In this document: one piece after another, positions 29,071 through 38,767 of the stretch
How the letters are laid out: each line of letters begins with the position of its first letter
Position numbering within the stretch: the stretch's first letter is position 1
Notes under the pieces: generated by a model
What the model was told of the DNA's origin: nothing
What the model saw: the letters and a program-made list of their open reading frames with translations, nothing else
Databases searched by the model: none
Translations under genes and position numbers: made by a program
DNA from: a virus
Lineage: Duplodnaviria; Heunggongvirae; Uroviricota; Caudoviricetes
IMG/VR virus record: IMGVR_UViG_3300029740_000238
Length of the DNA: 61,506 bases
Direction: 5' to 3' (one strand)

Positions 29071-29081
29071 GGAGAAACGCT

Positions 29082-29273
29082 GTGAAAAAGAATGAAATTC
29101 GCTCGATTCCGGCCAAGGTAGCCGATACGCTGCATCCGTCAAATGTGACTTGGCTTAGCGCTAAGGAAACTACAAAGCGTACGGGTGTGATTCTTTGTGT
29201 GGTTGCTGCGTCAGCTGCTTTTATGATGTTGGCGGATACGCTGTTTGGCGCAATGCTGAGATTTGCAATTTAA
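29082..29273 (+). CDS. secE: Preprotein translocase subunit SecE
   Basis: 63 aa; VTWLSAKETTKRTGVIL...LADTLF matches the SecE V.W(P)...E...T..V...D pattern. Confidence 0.7.
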   Translation: MKKNEIRSIPAKVADTLHPSNVTWLSAKETTKRTGVILCVVAASAAFMMLADTLFGAMLRFAI

Positions 29274-29288
29274 GGGGGCACAAGGTAT

Positions 29289-29654
29289 ATGAAGAAACTG
29301 ATAGCTGCTATGCTGTCGTTTGTTATGGCTATGATGCTGTTGGCGGGGTGTGCGTCCGCTAGTACGGATAATACGTTCTCGGACCCGATGCAGCAGGTTT
29401 CACTGTCCAATGATGAGATGCTTACGTCTCTGAATAATGCGACCGCAGCACTGCAGGAAAATATCAATAAGACGGATGATTCCGCAAAAGTTGAGCTGGT
29501 GGTTGCGGATGACGGAAGCTGTTCTGTCTATGCGTCCGGCAGCAACACGGAAAGACAGGAGCTGTGCAAAGCCGATTCCGTTAAAGCGATGTTTGAAATT
29601 TACTATGAAAACAACTGGATTGATAAAGATGGCAATGTCAGTTCGGCAGGGTGA
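29289..29654 (+). CDS. Lipoprotein
   Basis: MKK + hydrophobic stretch + LAGC lipobox. Confidence 0.75.
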   Translation: MKKLIAAMLSFVMAMMLLAGCASASTDNTFSDPMQQVSLSNDEMLTSLNNATAALQENINKTDDSAKVELVVADDGSCSVYASGSNTERQELCKADSVKAMFEIYYENNWIDKDGNVSSAG

Positions 29655-29676
29655 TTTGCCACAGGAGGAGAATACA

Positions 29677-30870
29677 ATGAAACGTTTGTTTGCGGGAACA
29701 CTCGCGCTTGTAATGACATGCGGGCTGCTGTTTTCTGGGTGTGGGAAACAGATGACCCCCGAGGAAGAGGCAGCGTCTCAGGAAGCCGCCATTTCTCAGC
29801 AGCTGCAGGATGAAGAGAACAAGACTGGCTTGAAACGGCTTATCAGCAACAATTTAACTGAGTATGAGCAGCCGGTTCATGATTTTATCGAAGGTTTGCA
29901 GGATGGGGATGCTGAGAAGACGGCAACGGCACTCGGCGTTCCGAACACTTTCGGGGAAAAGCTTCAGGATTGGGTCGTTGTCAATGACTTTGAGACGTTC
30001 CAGAAAACGGATATGACCAATATTTGTCTGAACTCTGCCAAGGAAGGCTCGAAAGCTGCTATCAATGTCTTTATGAAAACTCCGGAAGAAGTCACGGCGG
30101 ATACCTCTCCGGATTATACATTGACAGCGGAATATACAAACGGTGCCTGGGTTTTGAATCCACCAACCGGAATTCTCACCGATTATTCCTTCACAGTTCC
30201 GAACAACAAGGTGAGCTTCCAGGGAACAGACCTTTCAAGCTACACGGCAAAGAATGCTGAAACCGGCGTATGGACCGTAACACTTCCCCGTGCTCTGGAC
30301 CTCGATAGTGACGCTGCCTATGTAATTTCTACAGATATGGGCGACTTTAATGGCCGTGTCTATCAGGTCGCTGCTGATGGAAATAAGAAGCAGATGCTGC
30401 TTGCGGATATCGATTCCGATACAAGAGACGCTTATCAGAGCAAGCTCTCTGCTGTCATGAAGGAAGTCTATCGTCTCCTTTCCATTGGGGCAGGGGAGAG
30501 CGACTTCTCAAACGTTCTGCTGGATTCCAATGAAATCTCGAACTGTGTTCCGGAACCAGTTGACAGCGATGATGATGTGGAAGCAATTCAGGCTAACGCT
30601 GACAAGAAAGCCCTCGGCGCATCTGTTACGTCAATTACGGTAACGCCCGATGATACGATTGAAGGATACCCGGATGCGTATACCTATCGGCTTGACGGGA
30701 ACGACGGCGTGAAGATGAACGTAAAGCTGAAAGTATCTACAACAAACGGCGATGCACATATGAAGGCAACGATTGGTATGCGCATCATCAATGGTGCTTG
30801 GAAAATCGTGTCGATTGATTCGAAGCGCGATATCTTTACAGGATTGTCTGTGCTTGACCCTGAATGGTGA
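29677..30870 (+). CDS. Lipoprotein
   Basis: RBS aggagg; MKRLF...FSGC lipobox. Confidence 0.75.
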   Translation: MKRLFAGTLALVMTCGLLFSGCGKQMTPEEEAASQEAAISQQLQDEENKTGLKRLISNNLTEYEQPVHDFIEGLQDGDAEKTATALGVPNTFGEKLQDWVVVNDFETFQKTDMTNICLNSAKEGSKAAINVFMKTPEEVTADTSPDYTLTAEYTNGAWVLNPPTGILTDYSFTVPNNKVSFQGTDLSSYTAKNAETGVWTVTLPRALDLDSDAAYVISTDMGDFNGRVYQVAADGNKKQMLLADIDSDTRDAYQSKLSAVMKEVYRLLSIGAGESDFSNVLLDSNEISNCVPEPVDSDDDVEAIQANADKKALGASVTSITVTPDDTIEGYPDAYTYRLDGNDGVKMNVKLKVSTTNGDAHMKATIGMRIINGAWKIVSIDSKRDIFTGLSVLDPEW

Positions 30871-30876
30871 TTTTGT

Positions 30877-31347
30877 ATGAGATATGCGATTCGACAGGAT
30901 AGAAAGGTTCGGAAACCGCTGCCTGGATGCCAGCTGACGGAAACCGAGTGGTTGGCGTGTTGGGATACGCTGAACAAGGGCATTGAATCCCAGGATGACG
31001 AGACAATCCAAAAATCTAAAATGCTGGTTCGGAGCGCAATCAAGAAAATCTACACAGAACGGTATCCAAAATCCAAGAAATGTGTTGTTTGTGGAGAGAC
31101 TTGCGGAACATCAGGACTTTGCAGAAAATGCTGGCGAGCTCTTTCAAACAATGCAGTTCTGAGGTCAGAGGGGCACACGCAAAAAGACCGTGTTGCAAAT
31201 CAACAGGGGCCTTGTATCGTATGCGGTCGAACACCGGTTCTTTGCCGGAAAGTGTGCAATCGCTGCTACGCCAAGATGCGTGCCCATAAATTTACCACGA
31301 CAGAACAGCTGATGGAATACATCAGGGATAAGAAGCAAAAGAAGTAA
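30877..31347 (+). CDS. Basic protein with two CxxC-CxxC zinc fingers
   Basis: CVVCG...LCRKC and CIVCG...VCNRC. Confidence 0.7.
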   Translation: MRYAIRQDRKVRKPLPGCQLTETEWLACWDTLNKGIESQDDETIQKSKMLVRSAIKKIYTERYPKSKKCVVCGETCGTSGLCRKCWRALSNNAVLRSEGHTQKDRVANQQGPCIVCGRTPVLCRKVCNRCYAKMRAHKFTTTEQLMEYIRDKKQKK

Positions 31348-31378
31348 GGCAATCAAAGCAAATTGAAGGTGAACGAAG

Positions 31379-31861
31379 ATGATTGACTGTAATTTGGGCC
31401 CGGATTTCAAATCCTGTTTTCTGGGACATAAACAAAGTGAATATGGCAAAACGTTCACCGTGAGATTAGCAAAACATATGTGTTATGAGGATGCACGGCT
31501 TGTTCAACATTTTGTGAATCAGAAAGCAATGCGGCAGTGGATTGATGCTGTCACGGATTTCTGCGAAGGGAATAATGTGCTGCGGGACTGCCTTATCGGG
31601 ATGACGGCATGTTATGTCGATTACTTCACCAAAGAGCGTGGAACGAAATCTGCCAAGGCAATTATGCAGCAGCAGACCAAAAAGCTGGAAAGCATCCTGA
31701 ACGGAACCTATGTTCCTGAAAAAGCCGAAGCTGAACCGTTTGCTTCCAACCCAAACCTCAAGTCTGATATCAGCCTCACTTCTCTGATTGTTGATGTGGA
31801 TGCAGAAAACATGAAGTTTGTTCCACCGCCAGTCCCGGCCTTGTCAAAGTGTGCGAATTGA
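31379..31861 (+). CDS. Hypothetical protein
   Basis: 160-aa ORF with RBS gaaggtg. Confidence 0.65.
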   Translation: MIDCNLGPDFKSCFLGHKQSEYGKTFTVRLAKHMCYEDARLVQHFVNQKAMRQWIDAVTDFCEGNNVLRDCLIGMTACYVDYFTKERGTKSAKAIMQQQTKKLESILNGTYVPEKAEAEPFASNPNLKSDISLTSLIVDVDAENMKFVPPPVPALSKCAN

Positions 31862-31967
31862 ATAGGATGAATATTGTAAGATAGATAACAATAGTTTTCT
31901 ACCAAAAATAATATTCACAACCCGTAAGCGGATTCTCTATGTATGTAGAGAGTCCGCTATTTTATTT
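31841..31967 (+). promoter_or_regulatory. TGCG promoter + leader/attenuator, copy B
   Basis: ttgtca-N16-taggat; stem gaatattg/taatattc; atagataaca; ttcacaa; terminator agcggattctcta/tagagagtccgct. Confidence 0.75.
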
Positions 31968-31995
31968 GTTTACACAAAGAAAGGACGGACAAATT

Positions 31996-32952
31996 ATGCA
32001 ATTCTCAGAGAACCAGAAATACTATCTTAAACGCTTCGCAGCTCTTCATATGCCGGAGATAGACCGTAAGGCTGCCTATGTGCGCCAGGAACTCAAAACC
32101 ACCTGGATGGCGGTTGACGCTACATCCGTTCCGGATGGCGTGGTTTATGTCTATCACAATAAGGAGTACAAGCATATCGAGGATATTGTGGCTGATGTCC
32201 TGAATATTCACGGTGATTCAGCCAAAATCATGCAAATCAACAATTCTCGGCTTGCGTGCGAATTACCGACATTCGTAACGTGGGAAAAGGCTGAAACCCT
32301 CTATACGATTCCGGGAGACAAAGAAAAGCGCGAAATCGTGACATGCATGGACTATCTTTCTGTATATGGCATCAACCCGGATGAGGTCTATGCAATGCAG
32401 GTAAAGAAATCCTGGATGACAACGGGAGTTTCGTTTGACCCCGAAGCTTCGATGGAAAGCGGAGACAGAACCGTTGCACTACCGTTTGACGACAACAGTG
32501 ACATGGGCGCTTATTATGACGTTCTGCAAAGTCTTGGAAATGCGCTGCTCGTAGAAGACCGGAGAAACATCCATTGCAGCATCACGTATTCTATTCATAA
32601 CATCGATACGCTGTTCGCTATCTGGCGCGATAAGCCCGGGCTCGAAATGAGTGTCGGATATGCCGAATACCATGTTGACGGAACATACTTCCCTGGCGAC
32701 TATCTGCTGACTGTGAAAGCCAGCGGCGCAATCAATGAATTCGGTAAAGAGCAGTATAAGGCAAAAGCCACGCTGTTCTATGAAAATATGATTGTTGACA
32801 GCGTTGATTATCCGTTTGGAAATGACCGGCTGACGAGCGTTACTACCTCGCCGAACGCGGTTGACAACTGGGCCAAACTCTTCGACTATGCCCGGTATTC
32901 GCTAATGCAGAAAATGCAGTCCAGCAATGCTGCGGTGCGCAGAAACGCTTGA
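31996..32952 (+). CDS. Hypothetical protein
   Basis: Long ORF with RBS after the leader terminator. Confidence 0.7.
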   Translation: MQFSENQKYYLKRFAALHMPEIDRKAAYVRQELKTTWMAVDATSVPDGVVYVYHNKEYKHIEDIVADVLNIHGDSAKIMQINNSRLACELPTFVTWEKAETLYTIPGDKEKREIVTCMDYLSVYGINPDEVYAMQVKKSWMTTGVSFDPEASMESGDRTVALPFDDNSDMGAYYDVLQSLGNALLVEDRRNIHCSITYSIHNIDTLFAIWRDKPGLEMSVGYAEYHVDGTYFPGDYLLTVKASGAINEFGKEQYKAKATLFYENMIVDSVDYPFGNDRLTSVTTSPNAVDNWAKLFDYARYSLMQKMQSSNAAVRRNA

Positions 32953-33081
32953 CGCTGCGTGCGATATCCATACAATGAAAAATGTACGATAGATAACATC
33001 TACTTGGCACACTTGTGCTCGTACGATTCACAATTCGCTTAAAGGGGCGGACTTCCCATCTCGGGAGGCCCGCCTCTTTTT
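32949..33081 (+). promoter_or_regulatory. TGCG promoter + leader/attenuator, copy C
   Basis: ttgacg-N16-tacaat; tgtacgatagataac...tcgtacgattcacaattcgcttaaaggggcggacttccc...gggaggcccgcctcttttt. Confidence 0.85.
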
Positions 33082-33107
33082 GCATTATAAGAAAGGGAGC
33101 TTTTATT

Positions 33108-33677
33108 ATGACAACGAAAGAACAATTCATTGAAATGGCAAAAGGCATCACCCGCCCTGGTATCGACCAAATGATGGCATGGCTGGAAACAACCGATTTC
33201 TACACTGCACCTGCAAGTACCAGGTTTCATGGGGCTGAGGAAGGCGGCCTGTGTGCGCATTCCATCACCGTTGCAAAGCGGCTTTTGGATATTGCGGACC
33301 TGTGGGCACCCAATCAGTATTCCCGTGATGCGCTGCTTACCGTTGCGCTCTTCCACGACCTGTGCAAGATTTCCACCTATACGGTGAGCACGCGCAATGT
33401 GAAGGATGATACTACTGGCCAGTGGACCAAAGTCCCGTTTTACAAGTTTGAACCGAAAGATTCTGTCGGCTGTGATAGTCACGGAAGTCTTTCCTGTTAC
33501 CGCATTATGGCAACCGGAATGCAGTTGTCCATGGAAGAATTCGCTGCGGTGAATAATCATATGGGCGTTTCGAATGCGGCAAATGCAAATACTGTCTGGA
33601 CCTGCTATGAGATGCACCCGCTGTCTTGGCTGCTGCATGTGGCGGATGAGGCGGCTACCGCACTTGACAAAATCTAA
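33108..33677 (+). CDS. HD-domain phosphohydrolase
   Basis: FYTAPASTRFHG...GGLCAHS...LFHDLCK...HG...HMG...LHVAD. Confidence 0.85.
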   Translation: MTTKEQFIEMAKGITRPGIDQMMAWLETTDFYTAPASTRFHGAEEGGLCAHSITVAKRLLDIADLWAPNQYSRDALLTVALFHDLCKISTYTVSTRNVKDDTTGQWTKVPFYKFEPKDSVGCDSHGSLSCYRIMATGMQLSMEEFAAVNNHMGVSNAANANTVWTCYEMHPLSWLLHVADEAATALDKI

Positions 33678-33737
33678 CAGAACATCACAATGCTGCTCTT
33701 GGCAACAAGGGCAGCAACTTTTTTAGGAGTGAAAACA

Positions 33738-34436
33738 ATGAGCCGAATTGTGTATTTTGAATGTAGGGAAGACAATCATGATAAGTTCTATCTGATGACC
33801 GAAGACCCTACCGGGACAACTTTTGTAGCACGGTGGGGGCGTATCGGTACGGAAGGTAGCTTTTGCATGTACTCAATTTCTAATTGGGATAAGAAGCTTC
33901 ATGAACGTCTTAGTCACGGCTACGTGGATAGGACACAGGATTATCTCGATGGAAAAATCAAAGACTCGGCCGTATGGACGGGAGTAGGTGAAGCCAAGTA
34001 CAAAATGTCTGGCACTCGCAAAAATTGGCTGGGGCATGAGCTCTATAAGATTGTTGCAGCCAAAACATTTGAGACCGTTGAAGGCTATGAAGTTCAGGCC
34101 GGAGAAACTGGCGGATGGATTGAAAAGCCTGAAAATCTCGACCAGGACGGCCAGTGCTGGGTTGCTGACGAAGCCATTGTCTTTGGCGGCTCTGCCTGCG
34201 TGAAAGATAATGCACTCGTTGCAGATAAAGCTGTTTGTGAAGGCTCGGTTTGTGAAGATGCCGTTGTACGCGGTGAGGTTTCGATTAAGAGCAAAGCAAT
34301 TTGCATGGGACATTCCCTTATCTGCGATTCTGCTATCGTTAATGGAATCGTAAGAGGATATGCAACGGTTGCAGAAAAGGCAAACGTTAAAGAAGGCACC
34401 CTCGTTGAAGGCGATACTTATTACATTCAAAGTTAA
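33738..34436 (+). CDS. WGR-domain protein fused to a hexapeptide-repeat (beta-helix) domain
   Basis: HDKFY...ARWGRIG; GGWIEKPENL...CWVADEAIV followed by A-x-V repeats. Confidence 0.75.
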   Translation: MSRIVYFECREDNHDKFYLMTEDPTGTTFVARWGRIGTEGSFCMYSISNWDKKLHERLSHGYVDRTQDYLDGKIKDSAVWTGVGEAKYKMSGTRKNWLGHELYKIVAAKTFETVEGYEVQAGETGGWIEKPENLDQDGQCWVADEAIVFGGSACVKDNALVADKAVCEGSVCEDAVVRGEVSIKSKAICMGHSLICDSAIVNGIVRGYATVAEKANVKEGTLVEGDTYYIQS

Positions 34437-34448
34437 GGAGAAAATATT

Positions 34449-34604
34449 ATGAAAAAGAATAAGAAAGAAAATATCATCGTCAATGTGGAGAATGTCAAGA
34501 CACGGTCTGGCTGGAACGGTGTAAAGCCGTATACCCGGATTCACACGCCGAAAGTCGTGTATACCCGGAAAGGCCGTCGTAACGGGAAGGAGGCTCTCGT
34601 ATGA
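34449..34604 (+). CDS. 51-aa basic protein not in the ORF track; possibly ArfA-like
   Basis: RBS aaggag; MKKNKKENIIVNVENVKTRSGWNGVKPYTRIHTPKVVYTRKGRRNGKEALV; TGA overlaps the ATG of the next gene. Confidence 0.65.
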   Translation: MKKNKKENIIVNVENVKTRSGWNGVKPYTRIHTPKVVYTRKGRRNGKEALV

Positions 34605-36907
34605 GCAAAACTTATTGGAGCCAGCGTATCGAAGAACTGGCAAATTCCGAAAAAGCTGTACCGGATGCTGTATTCTTCACTTCGGAAGCATACCGCAACT
34701 ACACAGAAACCGCAGCAAAGGACATGATTACCGGTGTCTGCGGATATCTGAGAAGATATGGATACAGCATCTCCGAAATGGAAGAAGACAGGCGTGTCAA
34801 TGCATTGACAGTTGAAATGCTCCGGAATCCGGAGATAACCGCATACACAGACGGCTACAACATCTGTATTGGTACGAATAACAGTTTGGTGACTCTGCTG
34901 GATTCGAGAGAACTTCGGCACTACGCAATCCAGGGCTTTCGTGTTCATGAAGTCGCCCATGTCCTGTTTACGGATTTTCCAACCTTGAAAAACTGGGCTG
35001 GGCATTTGAGCCAGGGTATCTGGTGGCCAAAAATCCCGGACCGTGCATCGGAAAAAGATGGAGCAGAATTGACAAAACGACTGAAAAAGCCGGGATTCTG
35101 CAAGCCATTCGTTTCTATTGCACACAGCATTGAAAACGCCCTGGAGGACGGGTTTATCGAACGTGAAATTCAGGAAATGTACGGGGGCCTGGCAACCACT
35201 GAGCTGGCAACTTTGGACGAAGTACAAATTTCTGAGAGCGTTAGCTTTGGCGAAATGCTCAAGAAAAAATGCTCTCGGTTTGAAGCTATGCTCAACCAGA
35301 TTCTGCTGTACGCCAAATATGACATTACGATGGATGACGGTATCCCAGATGAATACGTTCAGACGTTGGAAGACTGCGTCTTCGTGATTGACGATGTCAA
35401 GTACGAGCGCAATCCCAAGAAACGTCTCGAAGGTGTCAACGAGATTTGTTGTATCCTGTATCCTCTTGTGGCTGATTTGATTAAAGAACTGTCGAAAAAG
35501 CCGAAGCAAAAGAAAAGCTCCGGCCCAAAAAGCAGTAAGAGCGGGTCTGGTATTTGTATGCCCGGTCAAGCACAGGGCAGTGGCAATGACCAGTCTCAGT
35601 CTCAGCAGGGAAACGGTAATTCCCAGTCTCAGCCCCAGGCCCAAAACCAGCAGGGAAGTAGCAATTCTCAATCTCAGCAGGGAAATGCAACGTCCGATGG
35701 CGGTGCTGATTCCAATTCTGGTGCAGGTGGAACTGAAAACAATGCGGATTCTGATAAGGAAGCGAGAGAAAGGCTTCAAAAGGCTCTGGAAAAGATTGAG
35801 CAAATTGCAAAGGATGCTGCTAAAAGAGCTGGCTTGACGGAAGGAAAGAACCAGAACTCGGAGAGCATCACGCATAGCTCGGCTCGGTCCCAGGAAGCTA
35901 AGGACCGCAATAACGGGAAACAGAACGCTAAAGCTGCTCAGGCGTCTGACAAGAGTAATTCTAGTGTTCAGTCGTCTGGTAAAGGCGGTTCTTCCGGTAC
36001 ACCTGACTTGTCTGCTGCAAAACGGGACATCAATTCGATTGAAAATGCCCGCAAGAAAGACGCGGCAACGGAAAAGGCAAATCGGGAAAAGAACAATGAA
36101 CTGAACGAGGAAGCTCGACACATCAGTTCTGAAATCGGGACCAAAGTTACGGTTGACCGTGCGCAGGAAGTGAGTAAATCGAATGTCGCTGTTTACAACG
36201 AACTTTCGAATGACTTGCTTGTTGTGACGAAGAATCTGGAACGGCGGCTCAAAACCATGATTCGCGATGAGGAAAATGACGATACTGTTTCCGGTCTTCC
36301 CATGGGAAGCCGGGTGGAAGCTCGTCTGGCTTATCATCGGGATGGCAAGATTTTCAGCCGCAAGAACTTTCCTCGTGACAATCCGCGTCTTGCTGTCGGT
36401 TATCTGTGCGATGAATCCGGTTCCATGCGCGATGATGCGATTGAAGCTTCGATTCGTACTGGTATTATCATTCAGGACTTCTGTTACCGAATGGAATTGC
36501 CTTGTTATGTGTGCGGATTTACAACGTCTGGTTTTGGTCTGCAGATTATCAATTATGTGGACCAGGATATAGACGGGAAGGATAAGTACCGCATTACCGG
36601 TATGCAGTCTCGCTCTGGCACTCCGACTGGACCCGCAATGAAGTATATGGCCGAGAAACTCAAAAAGGAAACTGCTGAAAAGCGGCTTCTGATTGTGAGT
36701 ACTGACGGGTGTTCCGCTTCCGGCCGTGACGGCATCCAGAAAACCATCAAAGAACTTTCCCGTTACGGAATTTTGGTTGTTGGTGCTGGTATTGGCTCTG
36801 CCCGTGCTCAGGTAGAAAATGAATTCGGCAAAAACTTTATTGATATTGGGAATCTTGAAGCGATGCCTCAGATTTTGTGCAATATCGTAAAGCGTAATCT
36901 CGCATAA
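34601..36907 (+). CDS. VWA-domain protein (CobT/NorD-like) with N-terminal HExxH
   Basis: HEVAH; NALED; Gln/Ser/Gly-rich linker; MIDAS DESGSM, GTPT, VSTDG. Confidence 0.82.
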   Translation: MSKTYWSQRIEELANSEKAVPDAVFFTSEAYRNYTETAAKDMITGVCGYLRRYGYSISEMEEDRRVNALTVEMLRNPEITAYTDGYNICIGTNNSLVTLLDSRELRHYAIQGFRVHEVAHVLFTDFPTLKNWAGHLSQGIWWPKIPDRASEKDGAELTKRLKKPGFCKPFVSIAHSIENALEDGFIEREIQEMYGGLATTELATLDEVQISESVSFGEMLKKKCSRFEAMLNQILLYAKYDITMDDGIPDEYVQTLEDCVFVIDDVKYERNPKKRLEGVNEICCILYPLVADLIKELSKKPKQKKSSGPKSSKSGSGICMPGQAQGSGNDQSQSQQGNGNSQSQPQAQNQQGSSNSQSQQGNATSDGGADSNSGAGGTENNADSDKEARERLQKALEKIEQIAKDAAKRAGLTEGKNQNSESITHSSARSQEAKDRNNGKQNAKAAQASDKSNSSVQSSGKGGSSGTPDLSAAKRDINSIENARKKDAATEKANREKNNELNEEARHISSEIGTKVTVDRAQEVSKSNVAVYNELSNDLLVVTKNLERRLKTMIRDEENDDTVSGLPMGSRVEARLAYHRDGKIFSRKNFPRDNPRLAVGYLCDESGSMRDDAIEASIRTGIIIQDFCYRMELPCYVCGFTTSGFGLQIINYVDQDIDGKDKYRITGMQSRSGTPTGPAMKYMAEKLKKETAEKRLLIVSTDGCSASGRDGIQKTIKELSRYGILVVGAGIGSARAQVENEFGKNFIDIGNLEAMPQILCNIVKRNLA

Positions 36908-36991
36908 CAATTTTCGCACGGTGTTTGTATCTCTAAGGGATATGAATATCGTGCGATTTGTCGTATTATAAAGCAAAAGGAGAAACAAGTC

Positions 36992-37669
36992 ATGAAAAAT
37001 GTTTATTTCATTAAATGCACGCAGCTCAACCCAACTCACGAAGAAAAAACGATTGGATATGAAGATACGCTCGAAAAGTTTGAGTCTGTAACTTCGGAAG
37101 AATACATCAAAGCACACAAGAACTTTGCCGATGGAATTTGCAGCGCGACACTTGCCGATAGACTCCCGTACAACTACTGCATCGAGCGCTGCGGCAAAGA
37201 GCAGAAAGGTATGGTATACCTTACAGATTCCTTTGCTACAAAGTTGGCGGCACTGGCATATGGGGTGTCTGAGTGGTTGCTCGAATACTATACCGGTACA
37301 AGATGCTTTGCACATCTCAGCTTCGATGACTGTGATACCATGACAGATGTGCAGGTTCTGCCTATCGCCAATTGCGTCCTGAACAAAGAGGAAGGCGGCC
37401 TGTATGACACAACATGGAAACGCTATATTGAGACAGCAGCAAAAGACCTCGTGCCGAAAGAAGGACTGAGCAATGATAAGTATGCTGCGGTATGCCGTTG
37501 TGTCGAGGAAAAGCTGTATATCATCATCTACCGTACGGCTGTGTTGCTAAAAAATCACCCAGAGAAGCTGAGCATGACATGCAACATCAAAATCGATATC
37601 TACAATTTCGGCAAAATCATGTTTAACGAGATGCTTGCTGCCGGTATTCCGTTAGTTTGTGGCGCTTAA
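36992..37669 (+). CDS. Hypothetical protein
   Basis: 225-aa ORF with RBS aaggag. Confidence 0.65.
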   Translation: MKNVYFIKCTQLNPTHEEKTIGYEDTLEKFESVTSEEYIKAHKNFADGICSATLADRLPYNYCIERCGKEQKGMVYLTDSFATKLAALAYGVSEWLLEYYTGTRCFAHLSFDDCDTMTDVQVLPIANCVLNKEEGGLYDTTWKRYIETAAKDLVPKEGLSNDKYAAVCRCVEEKLYIIIYRTAVLLKNHPEKLSMTCNIKIDIYNFGKIMFNEMLAAGIPLVCGA

Positions 37670-37689
37670 AAGTTTTATGTTTTGCGTGC

Positions 37690-37830
37690 TTGCACATTCG
37701 TGCGAAGTCAATAGAATAATAGCTGTACGATAGATAACAAACATCGAACGGACGTAATGCCTTTCGTACAATTCACAATTCGCTTAAAGAGGCGGACTTC
37801 TTGAGAAATCGAGAGGCCCGCCTCTTTTTG
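37690..37830 (+). promoter_or_regulatory. TGCG promoter + leader/attenuator, copy D
   Basis: ttgcac-N16-tagaat; leader nearly identical to copy E. Confidence 0.85.
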
Positions 37831-37854
37831 CATTATTAAAAAGGAGTGCAAATT

Positions 37855-38715
37855 ATGGAAACAAAAATCACACGCGAACAGGTTTTAGAGACTATGGCGA
37901 ACGCAAATCAGGTGGAAGGCTTTGACCCTCGCCTGGTAACGACTTGCTACAAGGACGCAGAAGGCAATGGTCGGATGTATTTGCAGGCCGAACCCGCCAT
38001 GATGTGGTTCCGCCTGAAGCATCCCGGTGGACGCCTGGAACAGATTGTCTATCGGGCGAACGACATGGCAGCAACGGTCGAAGGCCGCGTCATCGATGAA
38101 AACGGAAACCTGTTGGCGAATGCTTTTGCCACACGCTATCACGCCGATGACCAGTTCGGAAAGGATTACATCCAGAACGCTGGAACCGCTGCAATTCGCA
38201 AGGCTCTCGGTAACTGTGGATTTGGAACTCCCGCCAATGCAGAATACATCGAAGGAGTTACGGTTTGCCATGAGGCAGCCGAACTTACCGATGCTCCTGT
38301 TGACGACGGTGTAGAAGCCAAGATTCCTGTCCCGCCTATCCCGAAAGAAGTTGTTGAAGCTGAAAAGAAGACTGCAACGCGAACTCGGAAGACTGCCAAA
38401 AAGCAGGAACAGCCGAAAGAAGCTGCACCGATTGAAACCAATCCGCAGACTGAACCTGAACCGAAGCCTGAACCAGCATATACGCCGATTCCGGTTCCGC
38501 CTGTTCCCCGTGAGCAGGAAATTGCGAAAGAGCCTAAAACGTTGGAAGAAGCCTTGAGTTTCAAGGTTCCTTGTGGGCGCTATGGCGGTCAGACCATGAA
38601 ACAGTTATTGGACAGTGGCAACACTGCAGCCATCACTTATTTTCTGCGGCCTTTGTATACGGGGAAACCTGTTCAGGCTGCTGCTCGTATTCTTGCAGGT
38701 CAATATAACCTGTAA
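37855..38715 (+). CDS. Putative single-strand annealing protein (Rad52/Sak-like N-domain)
   Basis: MYL...WFRLKHPGG...ATVEGRV...NAGTAAIRKALGNCGFG; Pro-rich linker. Confidence 0.5.
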   Translation: METKITREQVLETMANANQVEGFDPRLVTTCYKDAEGNGRMYLQAEPAMMWFRLKHPGGRLEQIVYRANDMAATVEGRVIDENGNLLANAFATRYHADDQFGKDYIQNAGTAAIRKALGNCGFGTPANAEYIEGVTVCHEAAELTDAPVDDGVEAKIPVPPIPKEVVEAEKKTATRTRKTAKKQEQPKEAAPIETNPQTEPEPKPEPAYTPIPVPPVPREQEIAKEPKTLEEALSFKVPCGRYGGQTMKQLLDSGNTAAITYFLRPLYTGKPVQAAARILAGQYNL

Positions 38716-38767
38716 AGAACTATGGGTCAGAAAGGGGATGGTAAAAAAGAGAAAGGATGAATAACAA

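Noticed and set aside
27536..29273. sec genes as evidence that the window is chromosomal
   Set aside because: No ribosomal protein, adk or nusG neighbours; the surrounding rep/iteron/par and T4SS genes indicate a plasmid-like replicon. Integration cannot be excluded from this window alone.
36914..36956. gtgcga near 36951 as a 14th TGCG promoter
   Set aside because: No TTG or -10 at the fixed offsets; it is the 3' arm of a long hairpin (tcgcacgg.../...tcgtgcga) after the VWA gene.
34541..37315. 924-aa minus-strand ORF (likewise 8158..10368, 10385..12121, 12536..14068, 43788..44981)
   Set aside because: They overlap well-supported + strand genes and have no motifs or RBS support.
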